Both the position numbers and the translations under genes were made by a program. From positions 64,001 through 128,000 of the forward strand of contig CAZALK010000005.1 of the NCBI GenBank assembly GCA_964486045.1: a stretch of DNA of 64,000 bases, read 5' to 3'. The notes under the pieces were generated by a model. That model saw nothing but the letters and a program-made list of their open reading frames with translations. It did no database searches and was not told the DNA's origin. Origin of the DNA: an uncultured archaeon (GTDB lineage Archaea > Asgardarchaeota > Lokiarchaeia > Sigyniarchaeales > SOKP01). Shown here one piece after another: positions 61,450 to 64,000 of the stretch (positions are counted from its first letter, which is position 1; the number at the start of each line of letters is the position of its first letter).

Positions 61450-61700
61450 TATATAAAAAAAATGAATATATAAAATTTTCATCTTTGGATCGAAAAAGCA
61501 AAAGCTGTAAAAGCAATTTGGCTCAAGAAGAATACCACAAAAATTAATATTTAATAAATTTTTAGCAATTTAGTTTAAGTTCTCATTTTAAATCTAATGA
61601 TTTTTAATAGATTAAAACCAATAGATTAAAATTTCTAAAAATCCTTAAATTGAATAAGGTTCTAAGAGAAAATCTTAATTAAATAAATTAGAAATATCTT

Positions 61701-62039
61701 ATGTCAGTAGAAACTTTAATTAAAAGCTTATCTAAAGAAGTTGAGGGAGAAAAGGGAGCAGAAGAAGATATCATTATTTTCACCCTATCAACGTGTATGT
61801 GGTGTAAGAAGTGTAAACGTTTTTTAAATGATCGTAAGTTAAAATATAGATACATTGAAGTTGACAAGATTGAACGATCGGACAAAACGAAAATACTAGA
61901 TTACTTAAAATCTACATATAATTCAAGAATATCTTACCCTTTTCTTGTATGTAAAAGTGGACATGTTGTTGGATACAACCCAAATCAATATGAGGAATTA
62001 TTTAACAGTGGAGGGGATAAAAGTGGAAATGGAAACTGA
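61701..62039 (+). CDS. Glutaredoxin/NrdH-like protein
   Basis: TLSTCMWCKK, SYPFLV and VVGY. Confidence 0.85.
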   Translation: MSVETLIKSLSKEVEGEKGAEEDIIIFTLSTCMWCKKCKRFLNDRKLKYRYIEVDKIERSDKTKILDYLKSTYNSRISYPFLVCKSGHVVGYNPNQYEELFNSGGDKSGNGN

Positions 62040-62391
62040 AGAAGGAATGGTCAAATATATAAATCAGGTTGCTGAGATAAACGTATGGATTTTAAACGAA
62101 GATAAACCAACATTGGATGATTTAATTGATGGATTAGTTAGTAATAAGAGTTTTTATGGATATCAATCTTGCCCATGTAGACTTGCGAGTGGAAAAAGAG
62201 ATTTGGATAGAGATCTTATTTGTCCGTGTGAATATGCACCTCTCGATATAAAGCAACATGGAGCTTGTTATTGTAATCTTTTTTTAAGCCCTAATTTCTA
62301 TGAAAAAAATGTAGATTTTATCGTAGTTCCAGAAAGACGTCCGATAGAAAAAGAAGATGCTGCTTTAAAATACATTAATAAAAAAGATTGA
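62023..62391 (+). CDS. Ferredoxin:thioredoxin reductase catalytic subunit
   Basis: CPCR, CPC and CYC motifs, VPERR; start GTG 62023 or ATG 62029 after GGAGG. Confidence 0.88.
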   Translation: MEMETEEGMVKYINQVAEINVWILNEDKPTLDDLIDGLVSNKSFYGYQSCPCRLASGKRDLDRDLICPCEYAPLDIKQHGACYCNLFLSPNFYEKNVDFIVVPERRPIEKEDAALKYINKKD

Positions 62392-62502
62392 TAAATATTA
62401 GGAAGATTAATACTAGCCTTTTATTTTTATCATAAGATATATTCAGAGTTCCAATAAATAATAATCTAAATTTTTATATAGTGTCCTTTCTCTTTTTTAA
62501 AT

Positions 62503-62667
62503 ATGTCTGGGAAAGATGTAAGTGATGAAGATTTAGAAAAAGAACTTGATAAAGCTTTTAAGGAAAATGAGGCTAAACAGGATAATTGTGGAACACCTAT
62601 GCCATCCAATAAAGAAGTTGGGATTCAAAGAACGGGTGTGAAGCTGAAAAAAGAAGAGGAAAATTAG
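62503..62667 (+). CDS. Small charged hypothetical protein (54 aa, below the ORF track cut-off)
   Basis: MSGKDVSDEDLEKELDKAFKENEAKQDNCGTPMPSNKEVGIQRTGVKLKKEEEN; TTTATATA box about 30 nt upstream (leaderless). Confidence 0.6.
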   Translation: MSGKDVSDEDLEKELDKAFKENEAKQDNCGTPMPSNKEVGIQRTGVKLKKEEEN

Positions 62668-62725
62668 TAAACTCTTTATTTTATTTTTCTTAAAATTTAG
62701 TTTAGTAATAATGATAGGATTGGTT

Positions 62726-64000
62726 TCAATTTACTTCTGGCATTAATATAATGAAATTACTTCCCTGCTCATAATCATCCTTGACCCGATTTTGAACCCA
62801 AATTTCTCCCTTAAAACTTTCGACAATTTTTTTAACCAGAGACAACCCAATCCCCATCCCCCGAATTTTTGAATTTCTGTTAAATCCTTTTTGAAAAATA
62901 AGCTCTTTACTTTCTTCAAGAATACCAATCCCATTATCAATAAATTCAATTTTAAGATAATTTTCTCCATCCTTTAGCTCTTTTGAAAACTTGATGTGAA
63001 TTTTCACTTCTGATCTTTTATTATATTTTATTGCGTTATGTAAAATATTCTCAAATACATCAAGTAAGAATTCATTTGCTTTTACGAAGTTAGCTTCATT
63101 CAATTTTGTTATTTTAATATCCAATTCCTTATCTCGAATACTTTTTTTAGCGAAAAGTATGGCTTCATCCAAAATGTCGTAAACCTTGACCTTTTGCAAT
63201 TCGATATTTGATTCCTCAATTTTCGATAATTTTCTAACATTATCAATTAACTTGGATCCCCTGTCAATTTGACTTGAAATAGTACCGAAGAGATCTTCGG
63301 ATGAATTTAATTTCTCAGGTTTATCTTTAAGCATTGTTATTAATTCTGCTGAAAATTGAATATTATGGAAGATATTATTCATATCATGTGTAAAAATGTC
63401 TTTGTAGAAATTTGCTCTTTCATATGCACTACGATATCTCTTTTCGGATTTCCTTAACTCTTGTTCAGCATGCTGATGTTCACTAACATCTCTAAAGCTC
63501 CATAAACGGCCAACTATTTCTCCCTCATGAGAGATAGGGCACGAATATTGTTCAAAAATTCTCCCATCCTTAAAGAAAATCATATCAAAATCATTTTTAG
63601 AATTATCTTTAAAATCCAACATCTTCAGTTTGAACTTTTTAGGATCTTTCAGTTGGTCAGAAATTCTATCTAATAACAATTCAAAATCCATTTTTTCAAC
63701 TATTTCATCCTGAACACGCCACATATAGATAAATCTTTCATTCAAACTAGTAATATGTTCATCTTTATTAATAGCGATTATACCTTCTGCTATTGCCTCA
63801 AACATCGCACTTAAAAACTCTTGACTTTCTCTTAAAGCATTTTCTGCTCGTATACGTTCAAAAGTACTTTCAAGAATTTGCGAAAATATTCTCAGAATGG
63901 TAAAATCTTTACCTTTCCAAAGTGAGCCTTCTATTACTCTGCTAAAAGATACTAGTCCAATAATCTCTATCTCATGGTATATAGGAAATCCTAAAAAGCT
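62726..64000 (-). CDS. PAS-domain sensor histidine kinase, partial (5' end outside the window)
   Basis: THDMNN H-box, ENILHNAIKY, DNGIGI and GMGIGL; frame continues upstream of 63805. Confidence 0.9.
   Translation of the reverse strand, partial: SFLGFPIYHEIEIIGLVSFSRVIEGSLWKGKDFTILRIFSQILESTFERIRAENALRESQEFLSAMFEAIAEGIIAINKDEHITSLNERFIYMWRVQDEIVEKMDFELLLDRISDQLKDPKKFKLKMLDFKDNSKNDFDMIFFKDGRIFEQYSCPISHEGEIVGRLWSFRDVSEHQHAEQELRKSEKRYRSAYERANFYKDIFTHDMNNIFHNIQFSAELITMLKDKPEKLNSSEDLFGTISSQIDRGSKLIDNVRKLSKIEESNIELQKVKVYDILDEAILFAKKSIRDKELDIKITKLNEANFVKANEFLLDVFENILHNAIKYNKRSEVKIHIKFSKELKDGENYLKIEFIDNGIGILEESKELIFQKGFNRNSKIRGMGIGLSLVKKIVESFKGEIWVQNRVKDDYEQGSNFIILMPEVN

Noticed and set aside
3391-62970. 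The many 60-130 aa ORFs nested within or antisense to long genes (e.g. 3391, 7354, 11488, 13844, 40814, 45127, 49248, 62743)
   Set aside because: Fully overlapped by well-supported genes; typical shadow ORFs

Overview
AT-rich (visually about 30% GC) archaeal chromosome segment. Gene content and style (SNAP-like and PIN-TPR proteins, LRR fragment, giant multi-AsnC protein, C-terminal IP[G/S]-TM-basic surface anchors, CdhE, RNase Z) point to an Asgard archaeon, most likely Lokiarchaeia; this is an inference. Layout: 1-2 kb accessory region with two truncated genes abutting head to head; 2-19 kb mostly core genes plus a surface protein with a 117-residue stretch that is 43% aromatic; 19.3-27.5 kb hypervariable region with degenerate repeats, gene remnants and a 5.7-kb block bounded by 109-bp direct repeats carrying two HEPN-motif genes; 27.5-37 kb housekeeping; 37-62 kb a large sulfur/Fe-S/redox-defence neighbourhood (tusA, an IscS lacking the PLP lysine, an IscU fused to a TrxB-like domain, CoA-disulfide reductase-rhodanese, rubrerythrin, superoxide reductase, FprA next to an acyl-CoA dehydrogenase-rubredoxin fusion, rubredoxin and its reductase, Isf, glutaredoxins, FTR catalytic subunit), interleaved with a secreted caspase and a leuCDB/aksDEF cluster. 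Top leads: the acyl-CoA to rubredoxin to flavodiiron chain, the aromatic surface protein, the desulfurase-deficient Fe-S operon, promoter-duplicating gene insertions, a 9-codon micro-ORF facing a giant regulator, a candidate sRNA and recurrent ATT starts. I found no rRNA, tRNA, CRISPR array, integrase or transposase by eye. All calls come from motif recognition, not database searches.
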